A stretch of DNA of 58,988 bases, from NCBI GenBank assembly GCA_902515175.1, contig CABXTP010000001.1:1-58988 (forward strand), written 5' to 3'. Source of the stretch: an uncultured Pelagibacteraceae bacterium. GTDB lineage: Bacteria > Pseudomonadota > Alphaproteobacteria > Pelagibacterales > Pelagibacteraceae. The stretch's first letter is position 1, and each line of letters opens with the position of its first letter. The notes under the pieces were generated by a model, which did no database searches, was not told the DNA's origin, and worked only from the letters and a program-made list of their open reading frames with translations. Position numbers and translations under genes: made by a program. This document shows, piece after piece, positions 10,476 through 19,582 of the stretch.

Positions 10476-11272
10476 ACTCTCCCCATTGCAAAACCTTTAG
10501 CAATATAATTTCTCACAAAATAAATTACTACTGCTCCAGGTAAAATAGTTAAACTTCCAGCTGCTGCCAACAAACCAAGCTCATAACCTGAAGTACTTGA
10601 GGTTCTTGTCATTATAGCTGCAATTGGTTTAGCTATTGTAGCAGTAAGAGTTTTTGCTAACAATAATTCAACCCAAGAAAACATAAAACAGAAAAACATA
10701 GTAATACCTATTCCTGCAGCTATTGTAGGTATAAAAATTTTAAAGAAAAATTTAGGAAAAGAATAACCATCTACATATGCAGTTTCATCTAATTCTTTAG
10801 GAACAGCAGACATAAATCCTTCCAATATCCAAACAGCAAGAGGAATATTAAAGAGACAGTGAGATAGCGCAATAGCTATATGTGTATCAAATAAATTTAC
10901 TGATGAGTAAAATTGAAAGAAAGGTAAAGCAAAAACGGCTGGTGGAGCCATTCTGTTTGTTAAAAGCCAGAAAAATAAATGTTTATCTCCTAAAAATTTG
11001 TATCTTGAAAAGGCGTACGCAGCAGGAAGTGCTGCAGATACAGAAATTAAAGTATTAAAAACAGTATATGTAATAGAATTAATATAACCCATATACCAGG
11101 TGCTATCTGTAAATATTGTTTTATAATTATCTAAAGTAAAATCTTGTGGCCACAATGAATAAACATTTATAATTTCAGTAGTTGATTTAAATGACATATT
11201 TAACAACCAATAAATAGGTAACATTAAAAAAATTATATATAATGTTGGCACCGTCCATTTTATTTTTTTCAT
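10472..11272 (-). CDS. Carbohydrate (glycerol-type, GlpQ-like) ABC transporter permease
   Basis: LPIYWLLNMSFK, FLGDKHLFFWLLTNRMAPPAVF, EAA-like ELDETAYVDG, RNYIAKGFAMGRV. Confidence 0.92.
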   Translation of the reverse strand: MKKIKWTVPTLYIIFLMLPIYWLLNMSFKSTTEIINVYSLWPQDFTLDNYKTIFTDSTWYMGYINSITYTVFNTLISVSAALPAAYAFSRYKFLGDKHLFFWLLTNRMAPPAVFALPFFQFYSSVNLFDTHIAIALSHCLFNIPLAVWILEGFMSAVPKELDETAYVDGYSFPKFFFKIFIPTIAAGIGITMFFCFMFSWVELLLAKTLTATIAKPIAAIMTRTSSTSGYELGLLAAAGSLTILPGAVVIYFVRNYIAKGFAMGRV

Positions 11273-12021
11273 GTTCTGCCCTCATCCTTCATCATTAAGC
11301 TATAGAAAACCCAACACATTAAAAGTACAATTAAAAAGTAGATTAGTGACATAGCAGCTGCAGGTCCGAGATCAAATTGACCTAACGCCATTTTTACTAA
11401 ATCTAATGATAGAAAGTTTGTTGCATTACCAGGACCACCTCCTGTTAAAACAAAAGGTTCAGTATAGATCATAAAGCTATCCATAAACCTTAAAAGTATA
11501 GCTAAAGTTAAAACTTTTTTCATTTTAGGTAGTTCTATATATCTAAAAACATCCCATCTACTAGCACCATCTATTTCTGCAGCTTGATAGTATGCTGGCT
11601 GAATTGAATTTAACCCTGCATAAGATAAAAGAACTACTAAAGAAGTCCAATGCCAAACATCCATAAGAATAGTTGTGAACCAAGCATCTCCACTTTGTTG
11701 AGTAAAATTATAATCAAAACCAAGTGAATTTAAAGAATTTCCAAGAAAACCTATATCAGGAAGAGCAAATATATTCCACATAGCCCCTACTACATTCCAA
11801 GGTATTAATAACGGCATTGACATTAAAATTAAACAAACAGGAACGCCCCAACCTTTTTTAGGCATAGTTAAAGCAATAGCTATACCTAAAGGCAGCTGTA
11901 TTAGTAAAATTATAAAAGTGAATATAAATTGTCTACCTAAAGATGCATGAAATCTTTCGGAATGTAAAATTTCTTTGAACCATCTTGTTCCTTCCCATTG
12001 AAAAACGTTACTTCCAAAAGT
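11269..12021 (-). pseudogene. Glycerol-type (GlpP-like) ABC permease lacking its N-terminus
   Basis: The frame of the 198-aa ORF extends 52 codons upstream (TFGSNVFQWEGTRWFKEILHSERFHASLGRQ...) with permease-like sequence and no ATG, then merges into the GNAT gene 3' end. Confidence 0.8.
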
Positions 12022-12470
12022 TTTGTTAAATAAAGTGAATTTATATCCTCTTTATAGTGTGCGAACGGTGGACATGGCTTGAAACCGCATTTATCAAACA
12101 ATTTTCTTGCTGGAATAAAAAAATCCCCAGAACCAGTCTCAATACTTAATCTCTTAATTTGTAATTTTTTTGCCTCATAAACAAGATGATTAATAACTTT
12201 CATTCCATTACCTTTGTTTCTAAAATTATTGTGTATTCTTATTGATTTGAATTCACCATGACCTTTTTCAAGAAATTTTAAAGCCCCACATCCCATTAAA
12301 TTATTATTTTCCCATAGACTCCAAAATTTAATTGAAGGTACATTCAAGCCCTTAATATCTAATACATGAGCACTTCCGACAGGAGAAGCACTTCTTAATT
12401 CAATGAAGTGATTTTTGAGAAGCTCATTTACCTCAGGATGATTAAAGTTACCTTCAATTGACTTAATCAT
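11937..12470 (-). CDS. GNAT family N-acetyltransferase (YedL-like) with an aberrant C-terminal extension
   Basis: SP.GSAHVLD, GCGALK, GEFKS.R, LSIETGS, PFAHYKED.NSLYLTK; residues after YLTKLL are out-of-frame permease sequence. Confidence 0.85.
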   Translation of the reverse strand: MIKSIEGNFNHPEVNELLKNHFIELRSASPVGSAHVLDIKGLNVPSIKFWSLWENNNLMGCGALKFLEKGHGEFKSIRIHNNFRNKGNGMKVINHLVYEAKKLQIKRLSIETGSGDFFIPARKLFDKCGFKPCPPFAHYKEDINSLYLTKLLEVTFFNGKEQDGSKKFYIPKDFMHL

Positions 12471-13515
12471 TTTTTAAAATTGTTATATGTCCCATTTTTC
12501 TTTTTTCTTTAATCTCTTTTTTAAGATAATCAAAAAAATATTGATTTTTATCTAATTTTAAATTTTTTCTATATGGAATTATGTCATTTCCTATTAAATT
12601 AATCATTCTTGCATTTGATATTTTCTTTAACTTGATTTGTTTCAAAGCACATACTGCTCTTACGTGATTTTCAAATTGACTTATGTTGAAAGCATTGATT
12701 GTTAAATGTCCTGAGTTGTGAACTCTTGGAGCAATTTCATTTACATATAAATTGTCATTTCTATCTATAAAAAATTCAACACAAAGTGTACCAATAAATT
12801 TAAGCTCTTCAGCAATCTGAACTGACCACTGTTGTGATTGACTGTATAATTTTGTACTTATATCAGCAGGAATTTTTGAATATTTTAAAATTTGTTCTTC
12901 ATGTATATTTTCAATTGGTTCATAAATTTCATATTTATTATTTCCAAATCGAGTAACGATGACTGAAATCTCTTTTTTTAGTTTCACCAATTTTTCTAAA
13001 ATATATTTTTTTGTAAAATCAATATTTAAATTTGAAATTTGATTTATATTATTAATAGGATATTGCCCTTTCCCATCATAACCCATAGTTGTTGTTTTTA
13101 AAATACCTGGTAAAAAATCAGTTAGCGGTTCTAGATCTTTTTTATTTTCAATATGAACATATCTAGTCGTCCTGAGATTTAATTTATTTACGAAATCTTT
13201 TTCTGCGAGCCTATGTTGTATTATTCTATTTATTGAAGGTTTAGGTGAAACTTGCTTTAATTTACTTAATTCTTCTAGAGTATCATAAGGAATGTTTTCA
13301 AATTCAAAAGTGATATAATCTACTTTTCTCGAGAATTCATAAATCTTATTTTTATCATCATATTTTGCAAAAATAAACTCATCACAGAATTTTTGAGCAG
13401 GAGCATATTTATCATCACTAAAAATTATACTTTTGACATCTAATTTTTTAGCGGCTGCAGACAACATGCTTCCGAGCTGGCCACCACCAAGAATACCAAG
13501 TCTAATTTTAGACAT
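12463..13515 (-). CDS. purK: 5-(carboxyamino)imidazole ribonucleotide synthase
   Basis: GILGGGQLG, TFEFENIP, GYDGKGQ, NEIAPRVHNSGH, RKMGH. Confidence 0.97.
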   Translation of the reverse strand: MSKIRLGILGGGQLGSMLSAAAKKLDVKSIIFSDDKYAPAQKFCDEFIFAKYDDKNKIYEFSRKVDYITFEFENIPYDTLEELSKLKQVSPKPSINRIIQHRLAEKDFVNKLNLRTTRYVHIENKKDLEPLTDFLPGILKTTTMGYDGKGQYPINNINQISNLNIDFTKKYILEKLVKLKKEISVIVTRFGNNKYEIYEPIENIHEEQILKYSKIPADISTKLYSQSQQWSVQIAEELKFIGTLCVEFFIDRNDNLYVNEIAPRVHNSGHLTINAFNISQFENHVRAVCALKQIKLKKISNARMINLIGNDIIPYRKNLKLDKNQYFFDYLKKEIKEKRKMGHITILKND

Positions 13516-14006
13516 TATTTAGGAACTTTTTTTACAGCTTTTGTTTGTAAAGCTTTCCAGTTTTTTAATTTTTGTTTAATTTGTGGGTCAGTATTACTTA
13601 TTATTGATGCAGCAAGCAACGCTGAATTAATTGCACCATCCTCACCTATGGCCAAAGTTCCAACAGGAATTCCTTTTGGCATTTGAACTATTGATAACAA
13701 GCTGTCTAAGCCTCTTAATTTTTTACTTTCAATTGGTACCCCAAGCACAGGTACTGAGGTTAATGCAGCAATCATCCCAGGTAAATGTGCCGATCCTCCA
13801 GCAGCAGCTATTATCACTCCAATATTTTTTTTTTCTACATTAAGTCCATATTTATACATTCTTTTGGGTGTTCTATGGGCAGAGATAATTTTGGTTTCAT
13901 ATAAGACACCCAGCTTGTTAAGAGTTTTTTCAGCTAATTTCATTATTTTGTAGTCTGATTGACTACCCATTACTATTGAAACTTTAAGTTTTATTTTTTT
14001 ACTCAT
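13515..14006 (-). CDS. purE: N5-CAIR mutase
   Basis: IVMGSQSD, SAHRTP, AHLPGM, SIVQMPKGIPVGT. Confidence 0.98.
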   Translation of the reverse strand: MSKKIKLKVSIVMGSQSDYKIMKLAEKTLNKLGVLYETKIISAHRTPKRMYKYGLNVEKKNIGVIIAAAGGSAHLPGMIAALTSVPVLGVPIESKKLRGLDSLLSIVQMPKGIPVGTLAIGEDGAINSALLAASIISNTDPQIKQKLKNWKALQTKAVKKVPK

Positions 14007-14105
14007 TAGTTTTTGTTTTAAACTTTATTTCAAAATATAGTTAAAATTTCAATAAAATTTATAGTAATTGGAAATACATGTTGGTATGTATAATATTTCT
14101 AAATC

Positions 14106-15071
14106 ATGAATTATAAAATTGATAATCTTCAGTACTGTAACTGGTCAAGAGAAATTTTTGAAATTAATAGACAAGCGGGGCTAGATGCTGTTCATGTAAC
14201 AATTGTTTATCACGAAGATTATGACGAATTTTTAGATGAATTAAAAAAGTGGGAACTTTATTTCAAGGAAAATTCTGATTTAATATTTTTAGGAAGAAAC
14301 TTTAAAGACATCGATAAAGCAAAAGAAGAGAGTAAAACAGCAATTTTTTTTGGATTTCAAAATTGCTCACCGATTGAAGATGATATTTATCTAGTTGAAA
14401 AAATTCATGAGCATGGATGTCGATTCATGCAATTGACTTATAACAATCAATCATTGCTAGCAACTGGTTGCTATGAAAAAATTGATAGTGGAGTTACAAA
14501 TTTTGGGAAAGAAGTAATTAAAGAAATGAATAGGGTAGGTATTGTAATAGATATGTCTCATTCAGCAGAGAAAAGTACTCTTGATGCAATAGAATTTAGC
14601 GAAAAACCAATCGCAATTACTCATGCAAATCCAACTTTTTGGCATGGCGCAAAAAGAAATAAATCTAATGAATTGTTAAAGGCATTAGCAGACAGTGGTG
14701 GAATGCTGGGTTTTTCCTTATATCCTCATCATTTAAAAGATAATTCAAATTGCACTTTAGATAGCTTTTGTGAAATGGTAGCTAAAACCGCAGATATAAT
14801 GAATGTAAAAAATATAGGTATTGGTTCTGACTTATGTTTAAACCAGCCAGATTTGATTGTGGAATGGATGAGAAATGGAACATGGTCTAAAAAAAAAAAT
14901 TATGGCGAGGGGTCAAAAAATAAACCTGGTTTTCCTAAACAACCAAATTGGTTTACAGATGCCAGAGGATTTTCAAATTTAGATATTGGTTTAAAAAAAA
15001 TCGGATTTTCTGATGATGAAATAAACGATATACTCGGTAATAATTGGTATAATTTTTATAAAAATATTTAA
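14106..15071 (+). CDS. Membrane dipeptidase (peptidase M19)-like amidohydrolase
   Basis: MQLTYN, EMNRVGIVIDMSH, ITHANP, IGIGSD, ILGNNW; lacks the N-terminal HxD. Confidence 0.85.
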   Translation: MNYKIDNLQYCNWSREIFEINRQAGLDAVHVTIVYHEDYDEFLDELKKWELYFKENSDLIFLGRNFKDIDKAKEESKTAIFFGFQNCSPIEDDIYLVEKIHEHGCRFMQLTYNNQSLLATGCYEKIDSGVTNFGKEVIKEMNRVGIVIDMSHSAEKSTLDAIEFSEKPIAITHANPTFWHGAKRNKSNELLKALADSGGMLGFSLYPHHLKDNSNCTLDSFCEMVAKTADIMNVKNIGIGSDLCLNQPDLIVEWMRNGTWSKKKNYGEGSKNKPGFPKQPNWFTDARGFSNLDIGLKKIGFSDDEINDILGNNWYNFYKNI

Positions 15072-16727
15072 ATGCAAATTCAATTAAGAGATCCAAATGT
15101 AATAATGAAGTTATCAAAACTGGGTTCATTTCACCAATCTAAATTATCTTTTTTAAGAAGTTTTTTAGATGAGTTTAAAGATTGGGAATATAGTAACGAT
15201 TTATTTAATTTAGATAAAAATGGATTTGGCACTGCTATTTATTCATTTAAAAAAAAAAATAGGGTTTACTCATTAATTTGTTTTGCTAATAAAATTAATA
15301 ATCATGAAAGATCTGATAGAGTAATCGCAACTAAATGGGATGCTGCATTTACATTGCATGATGGTGTTCCCTCCAAGCAAGATATTGAAAGACTAAAGAA
15401 TGAGGTTCCTAAGCAAGAAGTTGGGAGACTATCTTACAAAGAACTTACTCTATCAAGAGCAAATAAATCTCTAAGAATATTTGATCATGTAGTTGAAAGT
15501 TTGAGCAATGGCAAACAACCAGATTTAGAACTTTTGAGCAAAGTAGGTTATCTCTATAGAACAACTGCTGTATATGGTTCTGGAAAATTTGGGCTTGCAG
15601 ACAGATTTAGGATTAAAAATAGAGAGGAGATAAATGGCCCATTTAGGCTTGAAATGATGTTAGTTTATCTAGTGAGGCAATTTACATTTGACCAAGTGAA
15701 TCACGTTGCAAAATCAAAAAATCCAAAATCTGCAGTGAAACTAAATCCTGAAATTTGTAAAAGTTTAGGTATTGGTAATTCTACAGGACTAGGAATGGCG
15801 CCATTTATAGTTAATCATCCAACGCTTTTAAATAATTGGATTTTATGCAGAGAAAAAGCTTTAAAAAAAATTAGAGAGATTAAATATGCTGAGAAAACTG
15901 AAATCAGTTTATTTAAAAAAAGTTTAAAGAATTCTGTAAAAAACATAACAAGTTGGAATACAGAAAGTGAATATCAAAAAAAAAAGATTAATTCACTACT
16001 TAAGAATATCAAAAAAACTTTAATTTTTTTAGAAACTAAGTTTGATTTTGGCACTAAATTTCCGTTCAATGAAATTTATTTATGGTTAGAAGAACAAACG
16101 TGTGACGAATGTATTGAATATGTTGTTTCAATAATGATGGAACCATTTGACAATATTGTAAAACCTTTAATTAAAGAAATGAGTTCAGATGAGGAAAAAT
16201 ATTTTAATATACCAACTCACAGAACTGTTGAAGATTTAAAAAATATAATTGAAAATAGATATCCAAATATTTTAAAAATTGATTTTAATAAAAAAGAAAA
16301 TATTAATAATTTTTGGTTTATTTCAAAAAACAAAGAGGAGCCAAGATATTCAGATAGATTTAAAGAGACGGGATCTGAACTAGAACAACCCTTGGCCATT
16401 GCTAGAGACATTAAAAAATTGTACGAACAATTAAGTATTTTAAAAAAAAGTTTAAAAATTGATGAATTTTTAGCCAAATACCCTTCATTAAGACATGTGG
16501 TTAGAAGGGCATTCATTATAGATAAATTTCCCTATGCCGAGATACAAGATAATACAATTGCTAAAGATGTTGCACCAGTTGATATGTTAAGATTAAAATT
16601 ATCTTTTTTTGGTGCGCTCAAATTTGATCCTAGATCAGACAAATGGCTAAGAATATGTATGTTTCAAGGCGCACCACTACCGAATGAATTAAAAAATTAT
16701 GATCAACAATGGGTTTATAATTTTTAA
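15072..16727 (+). CDS. Conserved hypothetical protein (551 aa)
   Basis: Abuts dipeptidase stop; conserved-looking blocks ERSDRVIA.KWD, LSRANKS.R, GYL.RTTAVYGSGKFG, GIGNSTGLGMAPF..NHP, KFDPRSD.W. Confidence 0.85.
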   Translation: MQIQLRDPNVIMKLSKLGSFHQSKLSFLRSFLDEFKDWEYSNDLFNLDKNGFGTAIYSFKKKNRVYSLICFANKINNHERSDRVIATKWDAAFTLHDGVPSKQDIERLKNEVPKQEVGRLSYKELTLSRANKSLRIFDHVVESLSNGKQPDLELLSKVGYLYRTTAVYGSGKFGLADRFRIKNREEINGPFRLEMMLVYLVRQFTFDQVNHVAKSKNPKSAVKLNPEICKSLGIGNSTGLGMAPFIVNHPTLLNNWILCREKALKKIREIKYAEKTEISLFKKSLKNSVKNITSWNTESEYQKKKINSLLKNIKKTLIFLETKFDFGTKFPFNEIYLWLEEQTCDECIEYVVSIMMEPFDNIVKPLIKEMSSDEEKYFNIPTHRTVEDLKNIIENRYPNILKIDFNKKENINNFWFISKNKEEPRYSDRFKETGSELEQPLAIARDIKKLYEQLSILKKSLKIDEFLAKYPSLRHVVRRAFIIDKFPYAEIQDNTIAKDVAPVDMLRLKLSFFGALKFDPRSDKWLRICMFQGAPLPNELKNYDQQWVYNF

Positions 16728-16728
16728 A

Positions 16729-17340
16729 ATGAAATCATTTAGCGAAATAGAGACAACTTCAAAAAGAGCAAGTAAAGCAGCTGGTTTTTCTTGGGGGGTC
16801 GCAGAGGAAGTAGGCAAGGGTATCAAAATTTTGGAGTTATTTGGATTGGCTGGAGTCAAAAATTTGAATCAATATTTGAATTCTAAAGAAGGCAATCAAT
16901 ATGAGAATTTAAATTTAGTTAATGAAAACAATCAAACTAATAAATATCCATATTGTCCAATTATTTTTGGAATTAGTTTTTTAGACCAGGTTAAAAATAT
17001 TGAAAAATTTAAAAAAATACATTTGAATAAAGTTGCTTACCCATTTTTAGTTTTACCTTTTCTTAGTAGAAGTTCAGAAGAAATAGGAAAAAAAATTCTT
17101 TATAAATTTGATGAATATAGTTTTTTATTAAATTTTAATCTAAGTTTATCATCAAAAAAATTTTCTGATGAATGCCCGATAAATGCAAATAATATTGAAA
17201 TAAGTTTTGTAGAGAATAAAGATAATTTTAAAGATCAAGATTGGAAGAGTTTATATAAATTGTCAGAAAAAACTTTCGTTGATGAAACTGATAGTTTAAA
17301 AATTGGAGCAGCAGGAGCGGGACTCACAGATAATGATTAA
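16729..17340 (+). CDS. DUF3726-like protein
   Basis: S.SEI....KRA..AAGFSWGVAEE.G at the N-terminus, GAAGAGLTDND at the C-terminus; start reassigned to ATG 16729. Confidence 0.75.
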   Translation: MKSFSEIETTSKRASKAAGFSWGVAEEVGKGIKILELFGLAGVKNLNQYLNSKEGNQYENLNLVNENNQTNKYPYCPIIFGISFLDQVKNIEKFKKIHLNKVAYPFLVLPFLSRSSEEIGKKILYKFDEYSFLLNFNLSLSSKKFSDECPINANNIEISFVENKDNFKDQDWKSLYKLSEKTFVDETDSLKIGAAGAGLTDND

Positions 17341-17503
17341 ATATTTGGACCAATCAGAAATAAAAGAGAAAGATTTAGAAGATTTAGACAATGTATGTGA
17401 TGAATGTAAAAGAAAAGATGAGAGTGTATTACAAAACTTAATACTTACAGGTTTTAAAGTTTGTAAATCTTGTAGATTATCAAAGACAATTTTTCCTCTT
17501 TAA
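17333..17503 (+). CDS. Small zinc-ribbon-like protein (56 aa)
   Basis: ATG overlaps the upstream stop (ATGATTAA); CDEC...CKSC. Confidence 0.65.
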   Translation: MIKYLDQSEIKEKDLEDLDNVCDECKRKDESVLQNLILTGFKVCKSCRLSKTIFPL

Positions 17504-18069
17504 CTCAAAGTAACATTACTAACGCTTGAAAATTGGCTTAAAAACCAAGTAAAAAATACTATCTGGGGACCTAAAGTTAAAATTATTGACTTAAAATAAT
17601 TCTCATATTTTAAGGCTTCTTTTATTCCTATAATCAAACTTACACAATACCAGGCATAAGGAATAAATGTTAAATATATAAGACTAATATCAAAAATAAA
17701 CATGTAAAAGATAAAGGGCGCATTCGCATATGCCACTAAAATTAAGAGTTTTCTAAACGAGCACTTTGTTGATTTGCTACGAAATATCACTACGCCAAAA
17801 AAGTAAAGGTAAGCAGTTTTAATTAACCAAACTAAAAAAGATAGAATCAAAATTGACCTTATAGAGGGTCCTTTATGATCACTAATTCCAAATACCGCAC
17901 TCATGTGTTGCGTAAATGCCGAACCAGGTATTGTACTTATTAATGAAGTTAATAAAATTATAATCACAGCATAATAAATCGACGCTTCGCCAAAATTTTT
18001 ATTATCTGAATAAAGTGACTTATCTAATTTAATAGATTTAAAAATAATATTTAAAAATTCAGTGAACAT
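17500..18069 (-). CDS. Yip1-like multi-pass membrane protein
   Basis: About 5 TM segments, F..LL...AYA.AP motif. Confidence 0.65.
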   Translation of the reverse strand: MFTEFLNIIFKSIKLDKSLYSDNKNFGEASIYYAVIIILLTSLISTIPGSAFTQHMSAVFGISDHKGPSIRSILILSFLVWLIKTAYLYFFGVVIFRSKSTKCSFRKLLILVAYANAPFIFYMFIFDISLIYLTFIPYAWYCVSLIIGIKEALKYENYFKSIILTLGPQIVFFTWFLSQFSSVSNVTLS

Positions 18070-18178
18070 CTTTATTCATTTTTTTACTTTTTTGCGCTTT
18101 ATATGAAACTATCAGAGGAAATATTATTAATGCAATCGTAATAATAATGCAAACAGCTATTAAGAAACTTTTAGTCAT
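18059..18178 (-). CDS. Small single-TM protein (39 aa), not in ORF track
   Basis: MTKSFLIAVCIIITIALIIFPLIVSYKAQKSKKMNKDVH*; fills the gap and overlaps the next start. Confidence 0.5.
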   Translation of the reverse strand: MTKSFLIAVCIIITIALIIFPLIVSYKAQKSKKMNKDVH

Positions 18179-18186
18179 CAGAATTG

Positions 18187-18216
18187 AAAAAGGGGAGCCG
18201 AAATTAGCTCCCCTTT
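18187..18216 (-). terminator. Rho-independent terminator after the GcvT-family gene
   Basis: AAAGGGGAGC/GCTCCCCTTT inverted repeat with a U-tract on the minus strand. Confidence 0.85.
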
Positions 18217-18223
18217 ATTGAAT

Positions 18224-19582
18224 TTACCCTTTTACAACTTCTCTTGTATTTGCGTTGAATGACTCTTTAAATGGAATATCCACAACCACAGCATCAACAG
18301 GTGTTCCTGGAGTATCTGAATATTTTTCTGGAAGATGAACTTTAAATTTAGTTCCAACCTTACCTTTGGGAAATCCATTAGGGTTTAAAGTTCCATCAAA
18401 AGGAACATATCCCATTGCAATGTTTGTTTTTTTTTCTGGATGCCACCATGGTGAAGTAAGAAATCCTACAGGATCACCACCATTTTCAGGTGATACTAGC
18501 CAAAAGTCAGGTGCATAATCATCAATTGGTTTGCCGCCCAGTTCCATTCCAACTAGGTGAAGTTTATATGGTTTCTGACCTGCTTTAATATCTGTTTTCA
18601 TTTTCTCAAGGGCGGTTTTGCCTACATAATCTGCTTTTTTATTCCACTCTCCTTTACCTGATAAAGAAACTTGATAACCTAAATTACATTGGAAAGGATT
18701 ATGTTGCTGATCCATGTCTTGGCCCCAAGAAAGAATACCTGCTTGAATTCTTCTATGGTGTGCAGGTGCAATAACCATCAAGTTATGTTTTTTTCCTGCT
18801 GCTAATACCGCATTCCACATATCCTCAGCATACAAAGTTGCATTTCTTAGGTATATTTCATAACCAGCTTCTCCGGAAAAACCTGATTGTGAAATTACAA
18901 CATCTCTTCCTCCAACTTTAGCCTCAGCTAAACCATAGAAAGGCATATTATCAAAATCAACTTGATCTCCACAAAGATCTTTCATTAAAGCTTTTGATTT
19001 AGGACCTTGAATTTGAACTGGACATGCATCTATTTCCTCAATGGTACAATTAAATCTTCCATCTGCATTAACACCTTGTAAATACAATCCAATATCAGAG
19101 TCAGATAATGAAAACCAAAACTCATCTTTAGAAATTCTTAAAAGAATTGGATCATTTAAAACTCCACCGTAAGCATTACATAAAATAACGTATCTTGCTC
19201 TCATCGGAGAAATCTTTGTTGCATCTCTTGTTATAACGTAGTCAGTAAATTTTTCTGCATCTGGACCTTTAACTCTTATTTGTCTTTCAACAGCCACGTT
19301 CCACATTGTTACATGATTTACAATAGCATCATATTCAACCATTGCTCCACCGTCCTCAGGTTTTACATAACCTCTTGGATGGTAAATTCTGTTGTAAACT
19401 GTAGCTCTCCAACAGCCCGCTTGCATAGATAAATGCCAGTATGGTGATTTTCTCACTCTAGTCGAAATCAACATTTCAACTTTAGTCGGCCCACTTTGTC
19501 GTAAATTGTATGGTACTTCTCTATCTGATTGATCAACAGAAGTAACATGTTTAACTTTAGTATAGTCAACTTCTTTAGACAT
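18224..19582 (-). CDS. GcvT/DmdA-family THF-dependent aminomethyltransferase/demethylase (452 aa)
   Basis: R.RKSPY, W.VAVERQI.V.GPDA, GG.LNDP.LLR, QIQGPKS, SQSGFSGEAGYEIY. Confidence 0.9.
   Translation of the reverse strand: MSKEVDYTKVKHVTSVDQSDREVPYNLRQSGPTKVEMLISTRVRKSPYWHLSMQAGCWRATVYNRIYHPRGYVKPEDGGAMVEYDAIVNHVTMWNVAVERQIRVKGPDAEKFTDYVITRDATKISPMRARYVILCNAYGGVLNDPILLRISKDEFWFSLSDSDIGLYLQGVNADGRFNCTIEEIDACPVQIQGPKSKALMKDLCGDQVDFDNMPFYGLAEAKVGGRDVVISQSGFSGEAGYEIYLRNATLYAEDMWNAVLAAGKKHNLMVIAPAHHRRIQAGILSWGQDMDQQHNPFQCNLGYQVSLSGKGEWNKKADYVGKTALEKMKTDIKAGQKPYKLHLVGMELGGKPIDDYAPDFWLVSPENGGDPVGFLTSPWWHPEKKTNIAMGYVPFDGTLNPNGFPKGKVGTKFKVHLPEKYSDTPGTPVDAVVVDIPFKESFNANTREVVKG

Noticed and set aside
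11269-11865. 198-aa permease as a complete gene starting at MPKKG
   Set aside because: Homologous permease sequence continues upstream in frame; this Met is internal
18224-19582. Calling this gene dmdA or gcvT
   Set aside because: Longer than either and no gcvH/gcvP or dmdB/dmdC nearby; only family-level assignment is supported
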